From: Mytilus trossulus
Taxonomy: Eukaryota
Assembly (NCBI RefSeq): GCF_036588685.1
Contig: NC_086373.1
Location: 41,664,001 to 41,728,000, forward strand
Direction of reading: 5' to 3'
Length of the DNA stretch: 64,000 nt
Shown here: positions 53,586 through 64,000 of the stretch, piece after piece
Layout of the letters: the number at the start of each line of letters is the position of its first letter
How positions within the stretch are numbered: position 1 is the first letter of the stretch
Notes under the pieces: generated by a model
What the model was told of the DNA's origin: nothing
What the model saw: the letters and a program-made list of their open reading frames with translations, nothing else
Databases searched by the model: none
Position numbers and translations under genes: made by a program

Positions 53586-53629
53586 CATTGTTTGTTTAGA
53601 ATTTTATTTCAATGATTGCCTGAACTAAT

Positions 53630-54258
53630 CATGCGTGTCTATTTCAGTGTCTGGTGTCACTGAACTATTTACAACATACAACACATTTGTGAGATTTTCT
53701 ATAGTATGAGTTTTTATGTGTCTATTTCAGTGTCTGGTGTCACTAAACGACTAACCACGTACAACACATTTGCGAGCTTTACACCAGTATGAGTTCTCAT
53801 GTGTCTATTTCAGTGTCTGGTGTCACTAACCTATTCACCACATACAACGCATTAGCGAGGTTTTCTATATTATGAGTTCTCATATATGTCTTTCATATAG
53901 TTTCTTGTGTTGACCACATACATCACATATGCGAGGTGTCCGGTGTCACTCAAGTTGCAACTGTCTACCACATACAACACATGTGCAAGGTTTTTACCAG
54001 ATTGAGTTTACATGTGTCTATCATAGAGTCTGGTGTCACTTAACTGTTTACAACACAAACACTGTCAGATGCAAGGTTTTCACCAGTAAGAGTTCTCATG
54101 CGTCTATCATAGTGTCTGGCGTCACTGAACTGTTTACCCAAACAACACATGTGCGAGGTGTTCACAAGTATGAGCCCTTATGAGTGTATCATAGTGTCCG
54201 GTGTCACTAAACTATTTACCGTTACAACACATGTGCGAGTTTTCATTAGTGTGAGTTA
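53630..54258 (-). repeat. ~83-bp tandem repeat derived from frameshifted zinc-finger units (paralog ~42830-43120)
   Basis: GTGTCTGGTGTCACT recurs at 53647, 53730 and 53813; each unit retains CxxC/HTxE-like codons out of frame. Confidence 0.75.
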
Positions 54259-55827
54259 TCATTTGTCTTTTATCTTGTCTGGCGTCACTAAACTGTCTAC
54301 CACATACACAGCATTGGTAAGATATTCACCTGCATGAGTCAGTTTCATGTGTAAAAGACAGGTACTATTGAGGCTAAACTCTTTCCCACAAACACTACAT
54401 TTATAAGGTTTCTCATTTGTTAGAGTATTATGAGTACAACTTTGAGTTTTCATGTGTTTACGGACGTTGCTCTTGTCCCTAAATCCTTTTCCACATACAT
54501 CACATGTGTAAGGTTTTTCATCTGTATGAGTTATCATGTGTATATGAAGGGATCTGATACTTCTAAAACCTTTACCACATACATCACATTTGTAAGGTGT
54601 TTCGCCTGTATGTATTCTAATGTGTGTGATTAAATCCTTATTTGATTTAAACCCTTTACCACATGCATCACAAATGTAAGGTCTGTGTTGCTCACCAGTA
54701 TGAATTCTCATGTGTCTAAGACATGAACTGTTCTTGCCAAACTCCTTACCACATACATCGCATTTGTAAGGCTTATCTCCTGTATGAGTTCTCATGTGTC
54801 TAAGAAAAGAACTATTGTTGCCAAACTCTTTACCACACACATCGCAGTTGTAAAGTTTATCACAAGTTTGAATTTTCGTGTGTGTATCAAAGTTACATTT
54901 GTCGCTTAATCCTTTATCACACGCTTCTCTGGTATTCAGATTTTCATCAGTATGAGTCTTCATGTGTCTATTATGGGAAGTTATGTCACTAAACCCTTTT
55001 TCACATACATCACATTTGTAAAATTCGTCACCAGTATGAGTTCGCATGTGTTTGTGGAAATCACTGCTGTTGTCAAATTCTCTACCACATATATCACATG
55101 TGTAACGTTTATTATATTTATAACCAGTATGAATTGTCATGTGTTTATTGCAGTCACTTTTTCTACCAAAATGTTTACCACAAACATCACATGTGTAAGG
55201 TTTTTCACCGGTATGCATTCTTGTGTGTGCCGTTAAGGAACTGCAGATATTGAACCCTTTACCACATACATCACATATGAAAGGTTTTACACTAGTGTGA
55301 GTTTTTGTATGTTTCTTATATGATTTGTAGTAACCAAATCCTTTACCACAAAAATCACATGTGTAAGGTTTTTCACGTTTATCACCTGTGTGAATTCGCA
55401 TGTGTCTTATCAAGTTACTTTTGTGATTAAACCCTTGGCCACATAATTCACATGTTGTGTTACTCTTTTCATCAGTATGATTTCTTTTATGTTTTGTACA
55501 GTTTCTGGAGTTAGTAAACCCTTGACCACATACATCACATGTGTAACGCTTATTACCAGTATGAGTTCGTGTGTGTTTTGTTAAGGTTTTATCGAACCTA
55601 AAACTTTTACCACACACATCACATTTATAAGGTTTATCATGTTTATCAACACTATGAATAATCATGTGTTGAAGGAAGCCTTTTTTATCATTAAATCCTT
55701 TAACACACACATCACATGTGTAAGGTTTATCAGCAGTATGGGTTCTTGTGTGTATCGTATGTGATCTGAAGTTACTGAAATCTATCCCACATACATCACA
55801 TGTGTAAGTTTTTTCACCCGTATCCAT
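54259..55827 (-). CDS. Poly-C2H2 zinc-finger protein, copy B, 522 aa from the MDTGEK ATG
   Basis: Near-identical paralog of 43121-44689. Acceptor at 55902, so the ORF-track start at 55911 lies in the intron. Confidence 0.85.
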   Translation of the reverse strand: MDTGEKTYTCDVCGIDFSNFRSHTIHTRTHTADKPYTCDVCVKGFNDKKGFLQHMIIHSVDKHDKPYKCDVCGKSFRFDKTLTKHTRTHTGNKRYTCDVCGQGFTNSRNCTKHKRNHTDEKSNTTCELCGQGFNHKSNLIRHMRIHTGDKREKPYTCDFCGKGFGYYKSYKKHTKTHTSVKPFICDVCGKGFNICSSLTAHTRMHTGEKPYTCDVCGKHFGRKSDCNKHMTIHTGYKYNKRYTCDICGREFDNSSDFHKHMRTHTGDEFYKCDVCEKGFSDITSHNRHMKTHTDENLNTREACDKGLSDKCNFDTHTKIQTCDKLYNCDVCGKEFGNNSSFLRHMRTHTGDKPYKCDVCGKEFGKNSSCLRHMRIHTGEQHRPYICDACGKGFKSNKDLITHIRIHTGETPYKCDVCGKGFRSIRSLHIHMITHTDEKPYTCDVCGKGFRDKSNVRKHMKTQSCTHNTLTNEKPYKCSVCGKEFSLNSTCLLHMKLTHAGEYLTNAVYVVDSLVTPDKIKDK

Positions 55828-56036
55828 TCTGAAGAGTGATCTTTTTTTAAATTGGCGTGTACGTCTTACAGACTGGTCATGTATCACATAAATGTAGATA
55901 TCTGAAAACACGAAAAAATATCATTTTAATTGCAGTTAAAACAGATAAACAGAATAAACGTGTTTACAAATATAAAAACTGCAACTGCCTGCGTTTATTT
56001 CATAAATAGAGTAACATAGCTATATTTTGTATAATG

Positions 56037-56147
56037 TCAGTAGCATGGGTTCGAATCCCGGAGAGGGATGAACAAAAAATTTGCGAAAGCAAATTTACAG
56101 ATCTAACATTGTTGGGTTGATGTTTAGACGAGTTGTATATATATATA
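56037..56147 (+). mobile_element. 5'-truncated tRNA-related SINE with (TA)n tail (paralog 44896-45000)
   Basis: B box GGTTCGAATCCC at ~56048-56059; ends in TA repeats; the paralog has a short deletion through the B box. Confidence 0.55.
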
Positions 56148-57408
56148 CCTGTATATTGACACCGAAGGTTTGTGGCACAACATCCTGTCCACAAGTTAAC
56201 ATTTTTTTTTCTTTCTGTGACGTATTAAATTTATATGAGAATCCATTTTGTTACATCTTGTGATCAATTTTATTTGGCAATCGCCAATGGCAGTCAGCAG
56301 GGTTAAAGAACATCAGTTGTTCGACCTGTTAGTCAAATGCGTTTTGTTTAAATATACTTTTTCACTCTTTTGGTCTTTAGGAAAATGTTGTTTGTGCTGT
56401 TTTTAGACCCTTCTACAACGAAATTTGTTTGACATGCACACGTATAAAAATTGCGGTTTTTATCCAACGCAATCATAGGTTTGAACGTAGTTTTCAATTT
56501 AGACTCGTTTATATATATATATAAAAAAAAAATTTCTTTCTGTGACGTATTAAATTTATATGAGAATCCATTTTGTTACATCTTGTGATCAATTTTATTT
56601 GGCAATCGCCAATGGCAGTCAGCAGGGTTAAAGAACATCAGTTGTTCGACCTGTTAGTCAAATGCGTTTTGTTTAAATATACTTTTTCACTCTTTTGGTC
56701 TTTAGGAAAATGTTGTTTGTGCTGTTTTTAGACCCTTCTACAACGAAATTTGTTTGACATGCACACGTATAAAAATTGCGGTTTTTATCCAACGCAGTCA
56801 TAGGTTTGAACGTAGTTTTCAATTTAGACTCGTTTATATTTTTTGTTTGGGCATGTATCATATTTTCCCTCCGGTTTATATGATCCGTTCATCCTATATA
56901 TTGACTCTTAAAATTCAAGAGTTAATCTAAAAATGAGGGTACTTTCTCTAAAATTGAGGGTACTTTTTATATGGCCTTCCAAATACCGTTTCGATCCTTA
57001 ACATCACTGAAGAGACATTTATTGTCGAAATCCGGATATGGTGTACTAAAGAAATATTGACACCGAATGTTTGTGGCACAACATCCTGTCCACAAGTTAA
57101 CAATTTTTTTTCTTTCTGTGACGTATTAAATTTATATGAGAATCCATTTTGTTACATCTTGTGATCAATTTTATTTGGCAATCGCCAATGGCAGTCAGCA
57201 GGGTTAAAGAACATCAGTTGTTCGACCTGTTAGTCAAATGCGTTTTGTTTAAATATACTTTTTCACTCTTTTGGTCTTTAGGAAAATGTTGTTTGTGCTG
57301 TTTTTAGACCCTTCTACAACGAAATTTGTTTGACATGCACACGTATAAAAATTGCGGTTTTTATCCAACGCAGTCATAGGTTTGAACGTAGTTTTCAATT
57401 TAGACTCG
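56148..57408 (+). mobile_element. Partially tandem, hammerhead-bearing insertion in a (TA)n tract (Penelope-like terminal repeat or second retrozyme family)
   Basis: Absent from the paralogous (TA)n site at ~44980-45000. Three ~300-350-bp direct repeats (~56153-56509, 56533-56838, 57054-57408), each ending AGACTCGT followed by TA-rich sequence. Confidence 0.75.
57001..57044 (+). ncRNA. Second-family minimal type I hammerhead ribozyme
   Basis: ACAUCA-CUGAAGA-GACA-UUUAU-UGUC-GAAA-UCCGG-AUA-UGGUGU: 6-bp stem I, 4-bp stem II, palindromic stem III AUCCGGAU, NUH triplet AUA. Confidence 0.75.
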
Positions 57409-60400
57409 TATATATATATATATATATATATATGCAATATGCAAACATATTAAAACATAGATAAGACTAGTGATTCCGATATCGCTGATCTGTATTATCG
57501 ACAATTTGTATGTATTTTTACTTTTATTGTACCGCCCTTGCGTTCCATACATTTATATAAATAGCCACGACATATCCCAGGTAACAAGCATATTTATTGA
57601 GTATTCTTGCTTTAATTATAGCCTGGGTGTCTATATTGACACCGATATAAATAATATAATATCTTAACATTATTCACTTACTAATTTACTTGTTTCATGT
57701 AGAGATTGATATAATTAGCAATTTTTCGAACGAGTTCACAACTTGTCCTTCTATTGGTATCAAAGGCCGATAACCACAAATTTTATACCTATGGAACGTC
57801 TGAGAAATAAAACCGGTAACGAAAATCATAAAAATTCCATTTTGCGTCGCAGTTATTTTGTCCATAGCAGATAAGATTGAAAAATGATGAAACAATCTAA
57901 TCATCAAGAAACAAATATTTTTTATCAATGTTTTCAGTTGTCAACTGGATTTTGAACCTCCGTTCGACAGATGTTGCATGTACAGTATACACATGGATCG
58001 ACATTTATAGAAAGGTTGACTTTATAATAGTTTAAGCCTTGACCACTTTCATTATTTGGAAATAAAAATAGGTAATTGTTGATGAAAGTTCTATCGATTT
58101 TTTAGAGATTTGATACAGAAAAATGTATCAAAATGACGTATTTTGTTTATGAATTTGATATACCGTGGCCATGATATATTTCGAGAAAAAAAAATTAACA
58201 ATAGGATATATACATTCAAAACCAATGTTATGTCAATTTACCAAAATTAGGAAGACTTAATTTAAATACAAATACGAGATATCATGTGTCATAATAAAAT
58301 TATATCTCGGTGAGCAATTTAAAACTATCAGAGTTTTTATAAAAAATTCTTTAACAACTTAGGTTATCATGGTTATCTCTAGGAAATGTCCAATATTCTT
58401 GAACCTGTCACAGTTTTGATCAGAGTTGCATTTATATAACGTACGATTAGTCATTAAAGTTCAAATAGCAGTGAAATACTGAACTATGATCCCTTAATAC
58501 ATAAACCGAGTGGTCGCTGCCCTTCCCTTTTAATTTCTATTTTACTCCAAATTGATCGTGTCGTAGATTTATCTATCAGTCAAATATACATACATTTATA
58601 TACTATTAATGACAACAATAGAGAAGTATGCAGAAAGTCTATAATTATTATGTATGCATGGTACATTTTTAGGCAGTTAAGCTGCCTTATGCGAGCACCC
58701 TTGTGTTCTACCCAATTAAATGCTGAAATATGTGCCATTGTTATTATCTAGCATGATGTTATGTTATTTATAACTAATTGGACAGCTTTTTCATACTTTT
58801 AATTCTTGATTACAAAAAATATGACCAGAAAAACCTTAAATGATCGTCGATTTATCCAAAAGTTTTGAAGTTGCACATAGGAAGTAGGGCCCATTAGGAA
58901 TCTTTATGTAGTTTATTATCCCCTGAGATTTTGGCTAAGCTGTCAAAGAACAAACGTATGAAATGTTTAATCGCCGAAAATCTCTAAAGACGAGAAGTTA
59001 AGATTTCCAAAATGGCAAAAGTCATAGGAATATTGTTTGTCGTCAACTGCGTAGGTAGTCTTAAAATAAGTTCCACTGTTCATCATGTTCATGCTGTTGG
59101 CGGCAATTTTAACTTATTAGACGATTTTTTGTATCTTTTCAATTTGGAGGCAGGGGTTCAAATTAGCGGTTGTCCGAGGTCTGCGACCTTCCACTTTTGC
59201 AGTCGGACTTTCGACTTGGTAAATAGCTACGCTCGACATGCCCGACTTTAGAGGAAATAAAAAAATAACTTTGCAAATCTTTTTACCAAAGTCTCCTAAA
59301 AAACGATCTCAAAACTTTTGTTTTGCATAATTATTCATGACAGCGACGTTCATTTTGTTCAACCGCTAGTTTTATACAGAAAATCGCCGACAAATAATGT
59401 GTAAATTCGAGTAAAATCGTATCTGACTTAAACCTTTAGTGAAATTGTAAGGGGGGCCCAACAAATCATTGATGTAACTTTCTCATATTGAAATGAAAAA
59501 ACTAAAAATCAATCCCCAATTTTTTTTTAATAAAATTAGATTGAAGTTAAATGGTTGCTCCCTATAATTTTTTTTAGAACGTTTATGTAATATTTACATG
59601 TATATATAATACATAAAGTGTTAATTGAAATTTCTATGACTATTTAACAGTATTCTCATGAAATATAAATATACTTAGTCTAGTAAATAGATATAGACGT
59701 AAAGTTTACACAAGGACAGTCTATAATGTGTATAGACGTTGTTTTTCCTCTATTATCTCTACTACAATTCGAGTAAATAACAAATTCAGATCTCGAGTGT
59801 GTTCGTTTTGGACATGTTTCTGTTTTTTATTTTCTAAAAACTGATTAACTGTGAATTGATTGATTTTCCCCAATTTTAGTAAGTCTTTCATTTAGAGTTG
59901 CATTATTTTTGCAAGAGACTGATCTGTAGTTACTGGAACGATTGTCTAAAATTTGTGCAATGGTCTTACAATGATTTTCTCCATGTTTTGGGGTTATTTT
60001 CCTGTTTCCTGTGAAGCGGAAAAGAAGTTATATGAAAACGTTTATTATAGCTAGAAAGATACTTCTCTAATTTTTGTGCTATTTTCACATTAATTTTTCC
60101 TTACCGGTGTGAGCAAAATATTTCTCCTCAGTAGTGAAAAAACTTTTCTCGGCAAATGATTGATTGAAATTTCATTGTGACGTTAAATTTTCTTGTTTGC
60201 TTCTGAATTTTTTACTGTGACGTCATAAAACAAAGGCGACTATGCCTGATGACGTCACATCAAAAGTTCACAGCTTTCCTCAAATCTTTGAAAAGGAAGA
60301 TAAAATCATAAGAGAAACAGATTATACCACAGTGACTGTAACTCGTGTATTACGATATTTCTCCTCTCAACAGTTAAATTTTAAGTATTTAAAAAGCTCG

Positions 60401-60613
60401 GCAAGCCTCGCGCTTTAAATATTAAAATTTATCTGTCTCCAGTGGATAAATGTCGTAATATACTTGTTGCAGTTGTGGAATCTATAATATATCTTTCAGT
60501 TGGGCATAAAATGCGAATTGTAATAATTCATCTTTGAATTAGCTGATTTTGCAGTTATTGAACTTATTCTCATCTTTATTTTCTTTTGATTAGACTCAAA
60601 GCAACTGACAGAA

Positions 60614-61879
60614 ATGAAAAGTGAAGACGCCTGTACAGGAGCAAATGAAATTTCCTGCAACGGAATATCAACTTCTTCTACGAGTGTCTCCCTTGATCGG
60701 GCAACCGGTCCAATAATGGAGGATCGCTTAGTTAGCTGTTATGACAAAGGAATTAACTATATATGTAAAGTGTGTGACAAGGAGTGTAGAAACAATGCTG
60801 ATCTAGAGGAACATATAATAACTCATACTACTGGAAATCAAGCTTTCAAATGCAAAAAGTGTAAAAAAGAGTTTGGCGCTTATAGTGTGCTACAGATGCA
60901 TTTAAAGACACACGCTAGGAGTCATATATGTGAAAAATGTGGTACAGGTTTTCGTAAGGATGATGACTTAAAGACACACTTGAAAAGTCACTCTGAAAAT
61001 AGGCCTAATGTATTTACATTTGATGTATGTGATAGAGGGTTTAATGTGTATAGGTATCTACAGACCCACATGAGAACACATACTGGAGAAAAACCTTATA
61101 AATGTGATGTATGTGGTAGAAGATTTGCTTGCAGTAATTTCAAACGAACTCACATGAGAACGCACACCGGTGAAAAACCTTATGTTTGTGATGTATGTGG
61201 AAAAAGTTGTAGCCAGCTTAGTAGTATACAGAGCCACATGAGAACACATACAGGTGATAAATCTTTTAAATGTGATGTATGTCGTAAAGTGTTTACTAAC
61301 AAATGCTGCTTGAGGAGACACACAAAAATACACACTGGGGAAAGACCTTTCAGATGTGATGTATGTGGTCATGGGTTTATTCAGAATTGTGACCTGCAGA
61401 AACATATGAGAATACATACTGGTAACGAAGATAAACTGTATAAATGTGATGTTTGTGGGAAAGGATTTACTAACAAATGGTACTTGAAGAACCACACAGC
61501 AACTCACATTGGTGAAAGACCTTCTATATGTGATATATGTGGTAATGGGTTTAGAAAAAAATGCGACATAATGAGACACATGAAAATACATACTGGTCAT
61601 GTGGATAAACAGTATAAATGTGAAATATGTGATAAAAGGTTTAGTAAGAAACAGCACTTAACAACTCACATGAGAACACATACTGGTGATAAACCGTATA
61701 CATGTGATGTATGTGGGAGAGGGTTTACTACCAGTTGGTGCTTGAAGAGACACACAACAACACACACTGGTGAAAGACCTGTCAATTGTGATATATGTGG
61801 TAAAGGTTTCATTCAGAATTGTGACTTACAAAAACACATGAGAATACATACGGGTGAAAAACCGTTTAAATGTGATTAA
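60614..61879 (+). CDS. Poly-C2H2 zinc-finger protein (12 canonical + 1 degenerate finger), 421 aa
   Basis: Tandem C2H2 fingers with TGEKP/TGERP linkers; pyrimidine tract and TAG acceptor at 60593; stop truncates a further finger (KCD*). Confidence 0.85.
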   Translation: MKSEDACTGANEISCNGISTSSTSVSLDRATGPIMEDRLVSCYDKGINYICKVCDKECRNNADLEEHIITHTTGNQAFKCKKCKKEFGAYSVLQMHLKTHARSHICEKCGTGFRKDDDLKTHLKSHSENRPNVFTFDVCDRGFNVYRYLQTHMRTHTGEKPYKCDVCGRRFACSNFKRTHMRTHTGEKPYVCDVCGKSCSQLSSIQSHMRTHTGDKSFKCDVCRKVFTNKCCLRRHTKIHTGERPFRCDVCGHGFIQNCDLQKHMRIHTGNEDKLYKCDVCGKGFTNKWYLKNHTATHIGERPSICDICGNGFRKKCDIMRHMKIHTGHVDKQYKCEICDKRFSKKQHLTTHMRTHTGDKPYTCDVCGRGFTTSWCLKRHTTTHTGERPVNCDICGKGFIQNCDLQKHMRIHTGEKPFKCD

Positions 61880-63640
61880 TATTATACATGTTATAAATGG
61901 TTTAGACAGAATATAAAATAGGATCAGAATTTACTGTATAGTTTGATAGTAAGTAGAAATACTTTCCGAGACACAAGATCATGATACGTACAATTATACC
62001 TTTTGCATGTTTTACAAATATCAATGGTTCTTTAATGGCCATGAGTAGCAGTTGGATTTTTTAAAAATTCGATGCCACTTCGATCATACAACATGTGTAC
62101 ACAACAATGTATTTATAGGCACATACAGCATTGCCGCATGTGTTCATCACATTTGTGTTTATAGGCTCCAACGTGTGCCCAATGGATCAGAGGCGGATCC
62201 AGGGATTGGTGAGGGGAAGGGCTCCAGAGTTTTGACCTGCCCATTTAAGACGAACAAATCTTGTAAATTGGGACTTATTGTTTGAACCCCTCTTAATCCT
62301 GGATTGCAACCCCCTTTTAAAAACGGCTGAATCCGCATCTTTGGATCAAATTATATATATATTTACACCTTCGGTACATTATATCATGTTTATATTCTTC
62401 ATATTGGTTTTTTACAGGACATGAATTTTAGATAAGTCTGTGCATACATGTAGCATGTGTATTGAATTGTAAAAAATAATGTTCCATATTTACTCGTATT
62501 TGCTATTTAATGTTACCTTAGCTACTTGTCATTTTCTATTATAACACATGTACATATCACACAAATATAAATAAGTGTATATAAGCAATTAATTACACGT
62601 CGTCGTATGGACTTCAACAATGAGAAAAGCATGCAATTAGTACCGTATATATAGTTGGATATAAAAAGGCCGAACATATATAAACTTTAGGTTCTAAAGA
62701 GCTGTTCGCCTATAATTGCCTCCATCTACTTCATTTTAACTTTGGATAGTTTTCTCTTGCTGTAATTATAGTCTGTAGGTTTTCTGTTCCTAAAAGCCTC
62801 ATTTGTGGACTGCTATTGACTCTTTGCAAGTAGATTTTATATTTACTTACATACAGTACTGGTGGAATTACCACCAACACCATCAATGTCCTCAGCAGCA
62901 AAGCCAACTGTCATCATGTGGTCCGACCCCTAGCTCGGTACGTATACACTCTCAGGACTTGATAAGGGTCCACAGTGGTGACATACATGTACAATTATAG
63001 TTATAAATGGTACAGTTTCGTCTGCAGAATACAGGCGTCAAACATCAGCGTATAGGTCCGACGTACGCCGGGCGTGGGAATAAAATCATGTACGCTGCCA
63101 ATTCGCTAGTAATTTTGGATGCATTCAACCTGTCAATCATATCTGTATCGTGTGCACAACGAGCTTGAAGCGTGTATTTGTCGTAGGAGAAGCGTACCTA
63201 ACGTTTATCGGGCGTTGGCGTATGCCTGGCGTTTGTCTAACGTAGATGAAAATGCACGCTACGAAGGAAAAAAAGTCATTTGATTGTATTTGAGACTCGT
63301 CTCGGTCGTATCTGGGACAATAATCCGTGCTTTCGGCGTGTTTTCGACGTTTTATTATGGGGAGTTTGTGACAAACACACCCGCAAATGATTTAGTTAAA
63401 GTCGAACTATTTTGAAGCGTATACAACGTGCCCTAAATGTGTCTAAAACTTATCTGTAGCGTTTTCAACGCGCTTGTAGCGTATGTATTACGTGCGTGTA
63501 GCGTACTGGTATACGCTACACAAACGCTTGATCTGAATGAAAATTGTTATGCTGCATAAAAAGTTCCTGGAGTTATAGCGTTCACCAAGCGTATACCTTT
63601 GCATTTCGACGTACTTCAAACGTATGTAACGTGCGTTTAA

Positions 63641-64000
63641 GCCCCAGTCCCACTAGACCACGATCGCACCACGCTCACTGCGATCTAAAATAAATTCAGA
63701 TCGTAGTGAGGTCGCGGTATGAGCGGCATTAAAATGTTAATTTTCGTTGCTTTCGCGATGATGCTACGTCCTCAGTACGATTCTACAACGATCCCGCTAC
63801 GATTATACCACGTTCTCACCGCGCTTATTCTGCGACCTCACTACGCTTATCAAGATTTTTCTACGCTCATCACGTTTTCACTACGACCATACCACGAGTT
63901 ATCCGATTGCAACACCATCGTACCACGCTTCTACTGCGATTATAGCACGTTCTTACCACGATTATACTACGTCCATACCGATCTTACCACGTTCTCAGCA
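63641..64000 (+). mobile_element. Left end of a probable PIF/Harbinger-like element, running off the window
   Basis: TAA followed by GCCCCAGTCCCACT and dense CCACG/CTACG subterminal repeats; other end not visible. Confidence 0.45.

Larger units (their letters stand above)
39950..59468. repeat. Direct segmental duplication containing zinc-finger genes (A ~39950-51555; B ~52790-59468)
   Basis: Collinear, largely near-identical blocks, both ending GGGGGGCCCAACAAATCA; they differ by discrete insertions. Confidence 0.9.

Noticed and set aside
59012-59251. 79-aa ORF with hydrophobic N-terminus
   Set aside because: The paralog at ~51100 has a 1-nt insertion that breaks the frame; no recognisable motif.
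61058-61657. 199-aa antisense ORF (and similar ones inside the other ZNF genes)
   Set aside because: Shadow ORFs of repetitive zinc-finger codons.

Overview
AT-rich eukaryotic genomic DNA with GT-AG introns and no prokaryotic features. The repeat families and the hammerhead repeat point to a mytilid mussel (inference). Main contents: (1) A cluster of four intact copies plus two broken copies of a gene for a secreted Gly/Ser/Arg-rich protein, arranged + - + - +. Each intact copy has a TATA box, a non-coding exon, a 58-nt signal-peptide exon and one large exon, and the protein ends in a 6-Cys domain resembling a WAP four-disulfide core that has lost exactly the C1-C6 pair. One paralog has two such domains and another looks gene-converted. 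(2) A 357-bp x ~4.9 tandem array in which every unit carries a minimal type I hammerhead ribozyme (non-LTR retrozyme). There are also dispersed degenerate copies and a second, sequence-unrelated hammerhead family inserted in a (TA)n tract. (3) Three poly-C2H2 zinc-finger genes, two of them in a segmental duplication whose empty and filled sites reveal post-duplication insertions (a 1.1-kb foldback and a 3.4-kb CACT-ended element with nested mini-elements). (4) Many non-autonomous DNA elements with TIRs and TSDs readable directly from the sequence. All superfamily labels rest on terminal and TSD signatures only.
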